A DNA stretch of 64,000 bases from the NCBI RefSeq assembly GCF_006345805.1, contig NC_042997.1, forward strand, positions 55,428,001-55,492,000, read 5' to 3'. Under the pieces are notes generated by a model, which worked only from the letters and a program-made list of their open reading frames with translations, did no database searches and was not told the origin of the DNA. Made by a program: the position numbers and the translations under genes. Shown here one piece after another: positions 38,461-53,572 of the stretch (positions are counted from its first letter, which is position 1; the number at the start of each line of letters is the position of its first letter). The stretch comes from Octopus sinensis. Its lineage: Eukaryota.

Positions 38461-40310
38461 TGAAGATAAACAATAACAATTACAACCAAATTATATCAGT
38501 ATGACTCGAGAATGACCAAGCTGCAATGGTGTGGAGAAGATTTTTATACCTTAAGAAATAATTGAAAATGAATTTAGCAATTTCTACACATGATTTCCAA
38601 TCAAGTCATTTGCTTGACAAGTACAGCTCTGAAAAGAAAACATTGCCACCAGTAAAACGGCATTTTATAAAATACATGACGACCATAATCACCTCAACTA
38701 ACACATTAAAAGCATCATTCTTAACATCATCAACACTGTTACAATTACCAAACGAAAATGCTCCTGACTGCTTAAACATTCAGAATAATTGTTCCCACCT
38801 CAAATATTATCAAAGTCAGTCTCATTACAAACTTCACAACGATTATCGCTTCTAGTTGTAATTTACTCAGCTGTCACCACAATCACCACCACCAACAACA
38901 GCAACGAACGAATAAAACCACCTGTACATTGTAATTCTATCTACTTGAAACTGTGGCCAAGTATTCCTTAAACACACTCTAACCTATCAAAAATGGATCA
39001 TATGTAAGACTATAATAGACAATATATTATACAATTAGGTATACAGAGCCTGAAGAAAAATTTCAACAGGATGCTAATGGCTGGAACATTTTGGCCGTAT
39101 GTCTGTTCAATCAAACCAGTGTTAGTGCTAAAGAGCCGTAACAACAACAACAACATTTACAGCAGCACGTGAGCAATACCGCAACAATAACAATAACATT
39201 GATGTCACATAACTGATTCTGTTAGCTACAATGTCTTTACCACGAACATCAATCGTTCCCCGCAAATATCAATAACAGCAATATCGGCCACACGCTTCAA
39301 ATTAACGTAAAAGTAACCGCTACCCACAAACACCATTCAGAATAGCCGATACCACTACATCACTATCAAAGCATTCATAATCAACAATGTGATCCACTTC
39401 AACGATGAAAATCATGCAAAAGTTTTGAGACAAGTCACATATGTGACATAATGCAAGATTTTTTTTCATAATGTTCAACAAAGTCTTCCTCCCCATGCCT
39501 TCATTATCGGAATATCTCCACCTTATCCTATTTGTAGCCAGATATCGATTGAGCTGAATATCTTTCGTGTGAGAGATATGTTTTCCCTACATTTATTATT
39601 AATATTTTCTCCCAATCCTACTCCATTCCATCGCTAGCCACCAGATGCCAAGCAGAAATTGTGAATAAATACCGGTTGGGGGCTTTTGTCTTCAAACATA
39701 TATTCGTTTCGATGTCGACTGTTTCAGCTTCCTCGAGCCTTTCCTTTGCTTCTTTTTATTTATTTATTTATTTATATTTTTATAGTTCTTGATTTGTTCT
39801 ATGATTGGTCTTGTTCTCTGTTTTCCTGCTCTGACATTGTTATTAATATTGAAGGTGAAGTAATGCAAAAGTACAAGTGTAGAATAAATTCTTAAAAACG
39901 ATCTGTCACAACGATTTAGTTGGGTTATTTAAATATTTTGGTTGGAAACAAAGATGGGTGGAAGCAAAGATGATCTGTAAATTCTTATTTTGTTGGAAGA
40001 TCGCTGAATAATTTGTAACGTAGCGTGCGGGAACCTTGGTAAAGTACTAAACAGAACCTCTTGTATACGATAAGAATAGAAATAACCATAAAAATTGCAT
40101 CAGCATGTGAACATATTTAGATGTGTAAACAAATGACTAACTAATTCGAGTGACTGAGAATGATGAAATCAGTTTCAAATTAGTCTTTTACAATACATGT
40201 GCTGCTTGCTTAGTGTCTTGTTGGAAACAGGATAGAATAGGGATTGGATAACTTGTAACCAACTGCAGTGAGAACAAGTTTAATTCTTGAAATGTTATTA
40301 ATTGAACATA

Positions 40311-40475
40311 GGCGCATGAGTGGCTGTGTGGTAAGTAGCTTGTTTACCAACCACATCGTTCCGGGTTCAGTCCCACTGCGTGGCACCTTGGGCAAGTGTC
40401 TTCTACTATAGCCTCGGGCCGACCAAAGCCTTGTGAGTGGATTTGGTAGACGGAAACTGAAAAGAAGCCGTCGTG

Positions 40476-40553
<78 letters not shown>

Positions 40554-40777
40554 TGTGTGTGTTTTTGTGTCTGTGTTTGTCCTCCTAGCATTGCTTGACA
40601 ACCGATGCTGGTGTGTTTATGTCCCCGTTACTTAGCGATTCGGTAAAAGAGACCGATAGAATAAGTACTGGGCTTACAAAAAAGAATAAGTCCCGGGGTC
40701 GAGTTGCTCGATTAAAGGCGGTGCTCCAGCATGGCCGCAGTCAAATGACTGAAACAAGTAAAAGAGTAAAAGAGTAA
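40311..40777 (+). mobile_element. SINE family A, full length with internal (TA)n
   Basis: tRNA-like head ggcgcatgagtggctgtgtggtaag...gggttcagtccc, central gcaccttgggcaagtgtctt, tail (taaaagag)n. Confidence 0.95.
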
Positions 40778-42369
40778 TATGTATATATGCTTTCTCTATA
40801 ATTGTTAGTGTTCCAAAATTCTTGAATTGTGTGAATTTACTGTCAGTTTCCAGTACAGAAATTACGCTTCATTGTTGCTCTAACAAGCCAATGTCTTACA
40901 AACCATCCTCTTTTCTGCTCAATTCTATTTCCAATCAAATTAAAGAATCCAATTAAATCGTTCCGAGAGAACGAATGAGTTGGGACAGGGATCAAAACGT
41001 AAAAGAACAAACATGTAAAACTTCGCCGTTGGGTTCCGTCATTCGCTGCCCCAAAGAAAGGCAGAACAACCTCAGCAAAAGTCAGCAATAACAGAAGCAA
41101 GACAAAAAAATTGATTTATATATTGTCATGAGATTTTTATTAGCCGATAAAGAAAAAAGAAGCAACCCTCATAGTTTAATGTTATTGTAGTAGATTCTGA
41201 ATTAAGTAGAATATTATATGGTCAAATAGAAAGCTATATATTGTGACAAGTATATATAAAAACATATAGTTGTGTATGATAAACTAGATTGCACGTAAAC
41301 AGAGGAAATAAGGTAAGAATTGTGTAATAGGTTAACCTCTTAAACATGAGTTATACATTCCCAGCATCTGAACGTAGCTTTAACACTAGAGTGACTACTG
41401 ATAATTCTTCACATTTCCGTAATGACCTTCTTAAGGGATGGAAACAAAAATGAAAGTCTTAAGGAATTTTACTTCTTAAGAACATTATAGAACGTTATTG
41501 AATATAAGCAATTACTATTTCAAATGGTTTAGCGGCTTTCTCGGACCCGCTTTCCAATAATGTTTTTTCTGCATTGTGATAATTAAGGGGTTATTCTGGA
41601 TGAAAGTAAAAATATGATTTCATATAGTCAATATTAGTTTTCAGATAGAATGTTGTATAATGTTATTAGTATAAAACCACTATATTTAACGTTCATGAAA
41701 ACCCTAAAATAAATAGGGTTTCCTGTATGACGACGAGATTAAATGTGTAGAAGGCAGTGAACTGCTAAATTATGGTTGATGGACGACCTTAAATAGTATA
41801 TGGTATATAGTTTAATGTGCTTCCACTCCTGACAACATGCCGCTTTTCCATAAGTAAACATGTTAAAGTGCATTAGTAATTCCTACTAATCTGACATTCG
41901 TACATCACCTTCATGTGACAGAGTACTTTTATTTCTGCTTGTAACTGGCTTCTTAGATGTAAAGTCACAGATTTATAATGAGAATATTCGATATTAACTA
42001 GTGTAAATTTGCTTTAACTAGTTTGTAAAGACAAATGAGTAATAGTTTGCAATATGCTCTGTAGTAGTCATGCATCTGATCACTACTCACATTCTAATTA
42101 AAAGTGTTTTAACTAATTCCAAACTTTCATTCGAGGATCACTATAATATTTTAATACCTCACTTTTGCTGCTGTGTTTTGTACAAAAACTGTAACAATAC
42201 TAGATCACCATATTGTTTTCTGTTTCATACATCCATCCATCTGAGTTACAAACATAACACAAAGTCCACTGTGCCATTTGGATGCCTTTAGCAGAGTTCA
42301 ATATGTTACAAAAAATTAACATACTGCTTTGCAGACGTTTAGGCCTGGTATGAACTGCATGAATGTTAC

Positions 42370-42423
42370 CAGACTGGAAGAGCCTGCAAATGTCATAAGC
42401 GACGCCTTTATTTTCAGAATCGC
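42370..42423 (-). other. Candidate 54-nt symmetric exon (DSENKGVAYDICRLFQS or AILKIKASLMTFAGSSSL)
   Basis: Acceptor ccagtttctcacttttatAG (42424-42425), donor GTAACA (42369); lies inside a 143-codon ORF. No homology recognised. Confidence 0.25.
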
Positions 42424-44036
42424 CTATAAAAGTGAGAAACTGGTAGCTGGCAGTAGTGAAGAAAAATCCTGAGAGTGATATACAAAGTGGTGGGGTGAGA
42501 TTTAAATATATACTAAAATGCACTTGATTAATACATACTAAACGCACTAAATACAAAGTCACCTGATATACCTCAACATTCGAATGGTTATGAGACATAC
42601 TACCAGCACTACAGTGCCAAAACTGCAACAAGAATTACTTGAGCGTTTCACGTTTACACATTGAGTACAAGCTGCAACTAAATAGTAATTTAAAATAATA
42701 TTTTATTTTTATATTCATATCGAAATAGAAATATCGATGAGTGTAACTGAAAGGTCTTGCTTTTATATTTATCATGACTATTCAATGAAACATTTCTAGT
42801 TCGGAAATGTTCACTTCCACTAAGTTCGTCTACTTTTAGTAATGGTTGCATGGAAGTACACAGAAGCATTCATATTTAAACTTCCAAAAATGTCACGCCG
42901 ACCTGGATTTCTGTTAGGTTCTGTTTTAAAGTTTGATTCCAGTCTAAAAGTAATATTCCTATCGGAGAAACATATGCAGAAATTTGATGTCTTAAATGTT
43001 ATACATGAACTCATCTACGTGTATAAATATTACATGAATATATAAAATATAACATGCCTATGCATATTAATGCATATATGTGCCTGGATGTTAATACACG
43101 AAAAGCCAACAAACAAAACAAAAGTACTGTGTGTGTGTATATATACATATGTATATACAACTAGATGTTTACGTGCGAGCACTAGTGTAGGAAAGAATAC
43201 ATTTATGATTGTAATGAACAAAACTATTAGTTGTTCATATTTTGGCCTTCCTATGACTCTAGCGTTTATTACATTGGGTTTTCTGGTCCCTTATCATATT
43301 CCTCTTGAGACTTTCTAGTTAATTGGTCATTCGTGAAATATCTCCATGAAGGTTTAATGGGCAAACGTGGCTGTATTCAGAAAAATGCCTATTGTGAATT
43401 ATGAATATTGTTTTTCTCTCGATGAAATGCGATTATGTCAAAGGAAACTACTGTAATCCGCAAGTTCCATAGTTAATATGCATATGTTGGAAATGTTTTA
43501 TCCATGTCAGGGTTTGGCTGGTGCCAAGAGAAAAACCAATAAATTCAGCATGATGGTTGGTGTGTATTATAAAATAATTCAAAGGTGTTTGGTTTCTCTG
43601 TTGCCTATAAGCATATTTAAAATACACTGTTTTCCCAAGCTACCGTCTCATTTCGCTGTTAAGATCCAACCCAGTTCTGTTTTAAAACCATTTCCCTTTC
43701 TTTTATCATGCTGCCTGCATATTGTTTATATTTATTGATGATTTGACAGCAATTATTCAAAGATGCATAATATATGTTTAGATCAACACCAGGATGGAAT
43801 TGCTAAAGTTGTCTTAAAGCATGATGCTGCAGATACAACTATAATAATAATAAAAAAAACTCTTCTACTCTCTGTTTTTTTTTGATAGATTAAATGTTAG
43901 TCATCTCATAAAGCTGAATCATTTCCTTATAATCACATGGCATACATGTGCGTGTGCGTGTGTGTATGTGTGTGTATGTGTGTGTATGTATACGCATGCA
44001 CACACACATATATATATGTGTGTATATATATATATG

Positions 44037-44119
<83 letters not shown>

Positions 44120-46182
44120 TAAATACTGAAAAATAGTGGTAGGTATATAGGTAAATAGATAGATAGATAACAGGGAGATAGACATACAGGTAGACAAGTG
44201 CTTCCGAAGAAGCATCTTAACTCAGCGAAAACAAGATATTTTCCTTCTGAAATTGCTCAATAAATAATCAAAAATAGTCAGAAGTATATCAATTGTCTAC
44301 GTGAGAGGGTCAATAGAACTAATACTAATAATACACTCTTCAACTGCAGCGAGAGTCTTTCATCAGTTAATATTTCCAGATTTTATACTTGTAAAAACAT
44401 CCTTTTACAATGTAAAAATGCGTGCATATGTACGTGCGTGTGTATGCGCGCGCGTATTTGTGTATGTATGCATTTCTCTGATCCTGAAGTGAAAACAAAG
44501 CGAAGCTGTTTGTTGTGTGATATTACTTATAGGTATTGTTTAAAACTATAAAACCTGAGCGTTGTCTACTCCGCCCTGATGTAAAGCATCATGAGAAATT
44601 AAGAATATTAGGAAACACAGAGCAGAAAAATCTTGCTGGGAAATTTAAATTTTCTTTTCTTTTCTGCTGATGATATGACCCTCAGTATTTATAATAATAT
44701 TAAAGATGAAAATTATGATGGTTATTTATTCGAGTGAAGACAAATTTGTGGTAAATGTGGCTACGGTCCTTATAGTTAGTGTTGTATGATGAATAAAGTG
44801 TCTTGTAACATTTGTCATAAAACATTTGCTATAAGTAGATATTTAAGATACTTCTATGAAATATAATTTCTAGCCAACTACTTTGATAAATACAAATGAC
44901 GACTCAATATCTTTAATTTTTGTAACTAAGATTATATATAAAAGTATTTCAAAGCACAGCACAATATGTGTATTTTTGACGTCATATTTGCCGAAAATGG
45001 CGATTTTCTTCAGAGCAGACTGTTGGTCTCGCTCAGCTATTCGTCTGTGTTACTATAGGGACAAATGTCTCAGAGGAGTATGACCATAATGCTATGTTTT
45101 ATTGAATGAACGAGATAACAACAACAACAAAAATGTCTGCTATGGCAAGCGTATTATATAGATCTCTTTTTGGCAGCTGTATAAAACAAGCAAAATGATT
45201 GCAACTGTGTCTTCAATAAATGTACATACAATCACTTCGGCTATGCTCTTTATGTCGTCTATCGATTACATGCTGGAGTGGATTACATTTTAACAATTTT
45301 TGTATATCGTGACATGTACTGTATAATTGAAGCTTCGTGCAACTAGACTGGCGTGGTTTCAATTGCAGACTGAAATCGATTCAAATCGTTTGCCCTACAA
45401 ATAGGAAAGTTATAAACGTAACAAAAAATTATATAGGACCTTGATCGTAAAGGAAGCATGAATGTTCAAACTGATCGTAAGCGAGCAGATATAAGCTTGT
45501 GATAATATGACTGCATGTGTTTATTTTACTTCTTACGTCATAAAATAATTTGGATGAATGACTCCTTGGCTATTAGTAAACGTTCAGCATTGTCGTAATG
45601 AGAAATGGAATTATTTCTACATGCTAGAATTATCCAGAAATATCAGAAATTTACCATACTGTATTAGTGGTTGATAAAGTGGTTGTAACACGGGACTATA
45701 GGGAATGATAATGAAATACAAATTGAGAAAAGTTGTAATTCATTATTCCCTGCTCCCGGATGTATACTTGGGTAAAATTGGAAAACGAGGAGTAAAATTA
45801 ATTTATAATCAACAAATAAATATGCAAAAATTGAAAATATTTTTATAGAATCTGGACGGCTGCATCACTCCATTTATTAAAAACAGATATATGATAATTC
45901 GTAAGTTTCGAAGGAAATATAAATTTTCCAGAAACTTACTTTAAAATCTTTTAAGGTTAAGCTATTGCCCACATCATTTCATAACAGAGTTCTTAACTAC
46001 CCTCGATTTTACTCCGGCCCCCAACGACCATTGTTATTTCCATTTCCTCTCAATGAATTTTCATTCACTCTTTTTCCTTAACATTCTCAATTTCTCTGTG
46101 ATCTTCATCGCACTTCCTTCTCTATATACATCACCATTTCTACTTGTATTTCTCTCATTTGTTTAACTTCTTTAAATTGCTA

Positions 46183-46190
46183 TCTATCTC

Positions 46191-46286
<96 letters not shown>
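46183..46286. repeat. (TATC)n microsatellite
   Basis: Visible array. Confidence 0.95.
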
Positions 46287-46287
<1 letters not shown>

Positions 46288-47035
46288 ATTTAAATATAGT
46301 TATATTTTACTCCCTATATATATAATATAATATAATATACGCACCATTTTTAATTCGCAATTTCATCCATGAACAAGAAGAATATATTAATACATTCTCC
46401 AAACCATAACAATTCTCAAAATATCCAATTAATTAAGAAATGTGATGTTTCGGATATAAAAAAGGACGAATTCACCTCAAACATCGTCTGGTTTGAAGGA
46501 AATATCAATTCGCACACTTTATTTCATTATCAGTTTTATAAATATAATCCTTTTTATTTCCTCCATCATTATTCATATGATGTTTTTCACAGCTTTCCTA
46601 ATAGATTCCCTTCCCAAATCGTTTTAAACTGGTATTTTTCTTTATTGAAAAAATTTTAATTCTTTGAGATATCTTTATTGTGGCATTTCTGTTCGGCTAT
46701 ATTGTTTTAATCATATTGTAACTAAAATTGCACCTAACTATCCAGCAAAGATGCGTGGAAACCTAAGAATATATTATCAATGCATCAATATGTGTATATG
46801 CATACAAACATATACATGTTTAGTTTTTTATCGATTGTTCATCTTACCAATCAATTAAACAATCAATCCAAATAAACATCTATCTTATCTGGTTATATAG
46901 CTAAATATGAGAGTATAGATACTAGCACTTATGTTAGAATACGCAGATATATATATAGATATGAATTTCTTTCTCCATCTCCCCATCTTCTCTCTCTCTA
47001 TGTATATGTATCATACATATATATCCAACAAACCG

Positions 47036-47092
<57 letters not shown>

Positions 47093-47188
47093 CTATCTAT
47101 ATTTAAATATAGTTATATTTTACTCCCTATATATATAATATAATATAATATACGCACCATTTTTAATTCGCAATTTCATCCATGAACA
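46278..47188. repeat. Identical 98-bp direct repeats (46278-46375 and 47091-47188)
   Basis: atctatctatatttaaatatag...ttcatccatgaaca twice, no mismatch seen. Confidence 0.95.
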
Positions 47189-47276
47189 TATATATATATA
47201 TATACGTGTGCGTATGTATGTATGTATGTATGTATGTATGTATGTATGTATGTATGTATGTATGTATGTATGTATG

Positions 47277-47310
<34 letters not shown>

Positions 47311-47334
47311 TGTATGTATGTGTGAGTGTGTGTT

Positions 47335-47365
<31 letters not shown>

Positions 47366-47539
47366 TTGTCTATGTATGAATGTGACAGCACATAACAGCA
47401 CACATGCATATATTCATGATGGTTTTATATCTATATCTATCAGGAACAAAAATTCGATCGCAAGAACGATGAAAATAAATGGAGTACGATAAAAACAATT
47501 GGTAGCCGATAGATCACCTATTGTGGTGGAAATGTGACA

Positions 47540-48500
47540 ATGAGCACACTGTAGGTATGTCTGCAGTATTTATTGCTCTACAACAGAATATTAGACTGGT
47601 TAGTGCAACCTTTTTCTCGAAATTTCTCTTACGTTTATAATATGATCTAAGTCTTACTTTCAATATACATTTTTTGATAAATTAATCAGAGCAGCGATGT
47701 CAATGCCATGGACATTGAATGCTCAAAAACAACGGGTTTGAGATCAGGCATCTGCCTTCACAATCTTTGACTTTATAATCTTAAAGTGTGGATGTAATTG
47801 CATGTGACTTCATAATTTTATTGGAGGACATGATAATCCTCAAATGATATGTCGGAAAACAATAGTTAAATTTAAAATATTAGGCTATGAATCTAAATTT
47901 TATCTTATTTGATATTGAAGAAAAGAATTTGTTACCTTCTATTTAGAACTAATTGCAAACATGAGGATTTGATTTGATCTGATTATTTTTTTGACAGAGA
48001 CTCCGCAGTAAGTAGAGAGATAGCACATCTGTGCAAACAAATTGGCTTCAAACAGTTATACAAAACTGTTCATATTATGAATATTTGCGAACGCCTCAAG
48101 CTAATTGGAATTTTCTAGCCACTAGTTCTCCGTAACTGTAAGATGTTCTGTGAACCTCGCTTGGTTGTTAGGCAAGTAATGTTATAGACTTAGATTTGAT
48201 ATCAGTGAATTATAGCAAAAGATCCTGAATTCAAGATACCTGTTGTGGAATTCTTAGCAGATCTGCAATTTCAAAGTCGTTTTAGACAAATCCATGTTAT
48301 GATTTACCTTCATACACTCAATTAAATCTATTGATTTGTATCCCGTAGTTAAAACGATAGAACATTCGTATCAACAATTTCAAATAATGGACAACTGTCT
48401 CATTCTGATCATTAAAACTTAAGAGCGTTGTACTTTTGTTACATTGTTTCATTTTCATCGAAGTTAAGTACTGGATGGAAGGTTTGTCATGCATATCTGT
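47540..48500 (-). mobile_element. Possible Penelope-like RT remnant
   Basis: Degenerate ..MPDLKP.. segment resembling the PxxRPIV/CPT region of PLE RTs; heavily decayed. Confidence 0.25.
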
Positions 48501-48579
48501 ATTTTTCCTGGAGGGAGAGAAGAGATATTAATAATGTGTATGCGCGCGCGTGTGTGCATGTACGTATACACACAGATCG

Positions 48580-49110
48580 TGTCAGGTCACTTATGAGGCT
48601 CTCGTAAGCGCTACAGGCAACATGGAATCCAGTACAACGTGTAGCATGGTCGAGGTGTTGGCGATTAAAGCGGCACTCCTACCATGCTACTTTGGTGAGG
48701 AAGGTTGCTAGAAACCCAGCAGGATTAAAAGCAAAACCTGTTGAAAGGTCGGATGAACCTAGTGCAGCTTCAACGGCTATCTAGCAAAAGTACGGGTACG
48801 CAGAAATTTTTGGGATGGTGTCCAGTGTTCAAGATGACCACTGGGGGTGAGGAACCCCTCAGCCTCTGTTGAGGCATGTCTCTAGAAGGTCACTCTGATA
48901 TAAAACCAGATATGAAGGGAATGGCATTGGACATTTTGGGGATCTTTGGTTTGTGCTAGAGATCATGGCGCTCCCACATCCCTGAGCCAGCGACTCATAT
49001 TGGCATCAGGCATCGCGTTCTGGCTTGTCTCTGGATAATGTCCATAGAGTGGAGAGGATCTATGAGGTGTCGTGCAAGCCTTATTGGACCTAAAACGCTG
49101 CACAGTCACT
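48580..49110 (+). mobile_element. Possible LINE 5' fragment (RTE-like)
   Basis: GC-rich island with gaaggttgctagaaacccagcagg...ggatgaacc...caacggctatctagcaaaagtac, recalled as a 5' region of RTE-type elements; inference. Confidence 0.35.
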
Positions 49111-49191
49111 GCTGACCTCTGCTCGATATGTGTTGCTTTTCTATTTTTTATTCCTATATATATTTATTTTATTTTCAGTATATACGTATTC

Positions 49192-49396
49192 TTCTTTTAT
49201 CTTTTACTTGTTTCAGTCATTTGACTGCGGCCATGCTGGAGCACCGCCTTTAGTCGAGCAAATCTACCCCGGGACTTATTCTTTGTACGCCCAGTACTTA
49301 TTCTATCGGTCTCTTTTGCCGAACAGCTAAGTGACGGGGACGTAAACACACCAGCATCGGTTGTCAAGCAATGCTAGGGGGACAAACACAGATACA

Positions 49397-49478
<82 letters not shown>

Positions 49479-49656
49479 ATATATACATATATATGACAGG
49501 CTTCTTTCAGTTTCCGTCTACCAAATCCACTCACAAGGCATTGGTCGGCCCGGTGCTATAGCAGAAGACACTTGACCAAGGTGCCACGCAGTGGGACTGA
49601 ACCCGGAACCATGTGGTTGGTTAGCAAGCTACTTACCACACAGCCACTCCTGCGCC
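49192..49656 (-). mobile_element. SINE family A, full length, probable TSD
   Basis: Complete reverse complement of the 40311 copy; tacgtat(t)ctt on both flanks (~49183 and 49657). Confidence 0.95.
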
Positions 49657-49890
49657 TACGTATCTTTATTTTTTGTATATATTCATTTTATTTTTATTCG
49701 GAAGTCCTGCAGCGATGGGAAGGTGGCGAAGCATGCAGATCTGACGGCTTAGAAGCATGTAGACAGCGACCTGCACGTAGGCGACCCATGCTAGATATAA
49801 ATTCATCTCTTTATCGCCGAGGACAGTGATAGGATTCGGTTGTTGCATGGGTGTCTGAGCAGCTCCGTTTGGAAAGGGCACTGCTCATCC

Positions 49891-50491
49891 GGCAATAATT
49901 ATTCTTACTAAGTGGCAATCAATTTCTTTTTTCTAGAGGCACATACTCTCTTGGGCAGTGAATCTATCATTTACTCTTGTGGAATGTAATAATATTGAAG
50001 GTAATATTAAAAAAACTTACCACTTCTTTGCTTCCTAACTCGCAAATTCACATATCTGAAAGCTTCAAACAGATGCGTTAGACAACCTCACACACTCCCA
50101 CACATATACACACGCTCACTCACATGCACACATAAATGCACGGAGTTCACAGGCACACGTGTATACACGGACCACACACGCATACATTATCTCACACAGG
50201 TGCGCATATTTGCTTATTCATAAGCATACACATACACATGTACGCTCCCACACATAGACATAAACACATTGTTTGGGTAGCAGCCATTTTAAAATTTTAA
50301 TCACACCGACAGCGATTCAGTTAAAATATTGTTTGGCAATAACTTTTCTTACAAAGCGGCAATCAATTTCGTTTTTCTAGAGGCACATACTCTCTTGGGC
50401 AGTGAATCTATCGTTTACTCTTGTGGAATGTAATAATGTTGAAAGTAGTGTTAAAAAAACTTACCACTTCCTTTGCTTCCTAACTCGCAAA
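49891..50491. repeat. Direct duplication of ~156 bp (49891-50046 and 50335-50491)
   Basis: ggcaataa...ctagaggcacatactctcttgggcagtgaatctatc...aaaaaaacttaccacttc...taactcgcaaa, about 92% identical. Confidence 0.93.
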
Positions 50492-52639
50492 GCAAAAAAT
50501 AATGCTTCGGAATGTGGCTGAAAATCGTCTGGCATAAAATGGTCACAACCTCTACTGTATTATTTACTAATACGTACTGGTAGTCCTTGAAAAGCTCGTT
50601 GCTACTCTATTTTATGGAATATTTTATTTTTTATCTTGTGTAAGAGCGCAATACTAGTGGCCTTCTTACTTGCTTTAATCTTTCCGTAAGAAATTTCTAC
50701 TGAGTTATTGAAGGTTGCTTATTAGCTATCCGTTTAGGCGAGGGGCATGGTGTGGTTTAACTCTTATTAAAGACATGTTCAACTTTGAAATTTTAATTCA
50801 CCGAAAAGTCTGGGTATGCTCCAACTGGACTTTATCTTGGTATAGGTTTAGCTTTGTATATATAGGGCTTTATTTTAAAATCTATTCTTATCGTAAAATT
50901 AAGTATGGTACATTTTCTACTCACAGTGAAGCAAACTCACTTTCTACGAAACAGAAGTAATACTAGGAAAACTACGGGAATTCGATATCAATTTAAAAGG
51001 AGAGATATACAAATCATCTGAATAAATGCTACTGAGAACCAAAAGCAACAATTAAACAAGTCAACGTTAATTCTTTAAAAATGATGATAAGCTGTTCTCT
51101 CAATGGTGGTTTGCAAAACAAATTGCAAAGTAAATACTATATAATGTGAACCAGAAGGTTACAATGAAGGTAGCCTAACATTATTAAATGTGAGCAATAT
51201 CAACTCAAGATATCACGTTCAGAGAGCAAGAAAACCAACTCGCGCCCTCGTCAAAACAACACATACTACTAATGCGTCAATGGAAGAGTTCATACGTAAA
51301 CACTAGGCCAACTCTCACTCAAAGTATAGTTCCGCCTTAAAAAAGACAGGATATTTTAGATACTATAGCCGCTTATAACTATAAAAAGTCAGTGTGGCCA
51401 CAACTGGTATATTTTTAATCACAATTATGCTCCGAAAGGTTAAAACAGTAGAAACAGGAACAAATGCTCCTAACTATACGGGTAACTAAAAAAAATAGCG
51501 AAAGTATAATAGTATAATACATGAGTTATAGCACAAACGCACGCACACGCGTTCATGTATTCGTTCGAAGGTAACGACACTCCGCTGAATTTTTCCGTAT
51601 ATGTATTCTTTCAATGCATATGTGTGTATGTGTGTATGAGTGTGCGTGTGTGTGTATGTGTGTGGATTTGTGTGTGTGTGTGCGCGCGCACATGTGTTGC
51701 GGAAACATATGACTCTGTGTAGTCTTAACATATTTAATGGAGTTAGCTCATATTTTCGCATGAGCTCCTTACGGTCTGTTGAGAACTACAAGGTGCTTAA
51801 TCCCATCATAATCATCAACGTTTCTTTATGCCACAGTCTCATCAACAGAATATAAATTACTGTTAGCGTGTGTAACTGCCTCATTTTATGAACAACAAAT
51901 GTGATATCTCTAGCATTTATCTCTCAAATTTGTTTAGACGTTTTCGATGTTTTGACTGGCATATGAAATTCGATTGTTAGTTGTATGCGTCATTAGTCAC
52001 AATAACATTATACATAATATGCATTGAAAATACACATATCATACACAAAATATACTATCAATCAAAATGCACAGTAACCACACTTTTAGGAGAACGGCTC
52101 TTCAAGGGTCTCAAATAAAGAGAAAATGCATCATACTAAATCTAAAACCACTACTAATAATATACTACAGAAGCATTAAAATTGAAAATCCCCTTATTAG
52201 CAACTAACTACATGCCTTTTATATAAAGAAAATAGTTCAGCTGACCAACGTGGTCAATACTTTTGATTGTAATGGTGAAAGTCGTAAACTTCATAACTCC
52301 TACTGTTAAATTGGCCATTGTATGCTCTATGCATGTACGAAACAAGGAAATCTAATACTCTACTCCGTAAAACAGAAAATGAAAACTAGGGTGGAAGTTA
52401 TTAGCGGATAACAGAAGCATAATATATGAAACGGTTCCAGTGTTAAACCTAAAACATAATAACCCGGTTTCCAATACATTTTTAAAGAAAAAAGCTATTT
52501 AATACACATACATTTACTGAATGTATGTGTGCGCGCGCGGATGTGTGTCGTTTGTAAAAAAACACAAATCCGAAGCACCCTCCAAGATGTAGAGCAGTTA
52601 ATATTATAAAAGGGGAGGCAACCCCATAAACCTATTATG

Positions 52640-52985
<346 letters not shown>

Positions 52986-53494
52986 TATTCCTGCAAACAA
53001 TAGAGAGATGAATGATAGATAGACACATAGATAGATATTACGAAATTATAAGTTCATCTATATATTTTCAACATGTATGAAATACGATACTTAAGCCTTG
53101 AGAATGTTAAGTGTTCAATACTTCAAAATGTACTCACCTCTGGTAATGAGTAGGAATATTCAAGTAGTTGATAATCGAGGGCTGGGATATAGATGTTTAC
53201 AATACAATTTATAATTATTTATTGAGGTTCTTCACAAAAATAGCAAGACGTTCCATGAAATAAATTGGAAATAGTATTTTGTTTTTCTTGCTATGCATTG
53301 TTTATTTGAATCGATATTTTTAATCATGTTATTCGACGTATCGAGAATTCCTCAAGGTTTGGACGTGCGGATATATATACATGTGACTATGTGTGAATGT
53401 GAGTGCGTATTGTTTTAATACACGCGCGCACAGGCACTCACACACATATCTATAACTATTACATATATGTAAATAATTATACTCACACACAAAC

Positions 53495-53572
<78 letters not shown>

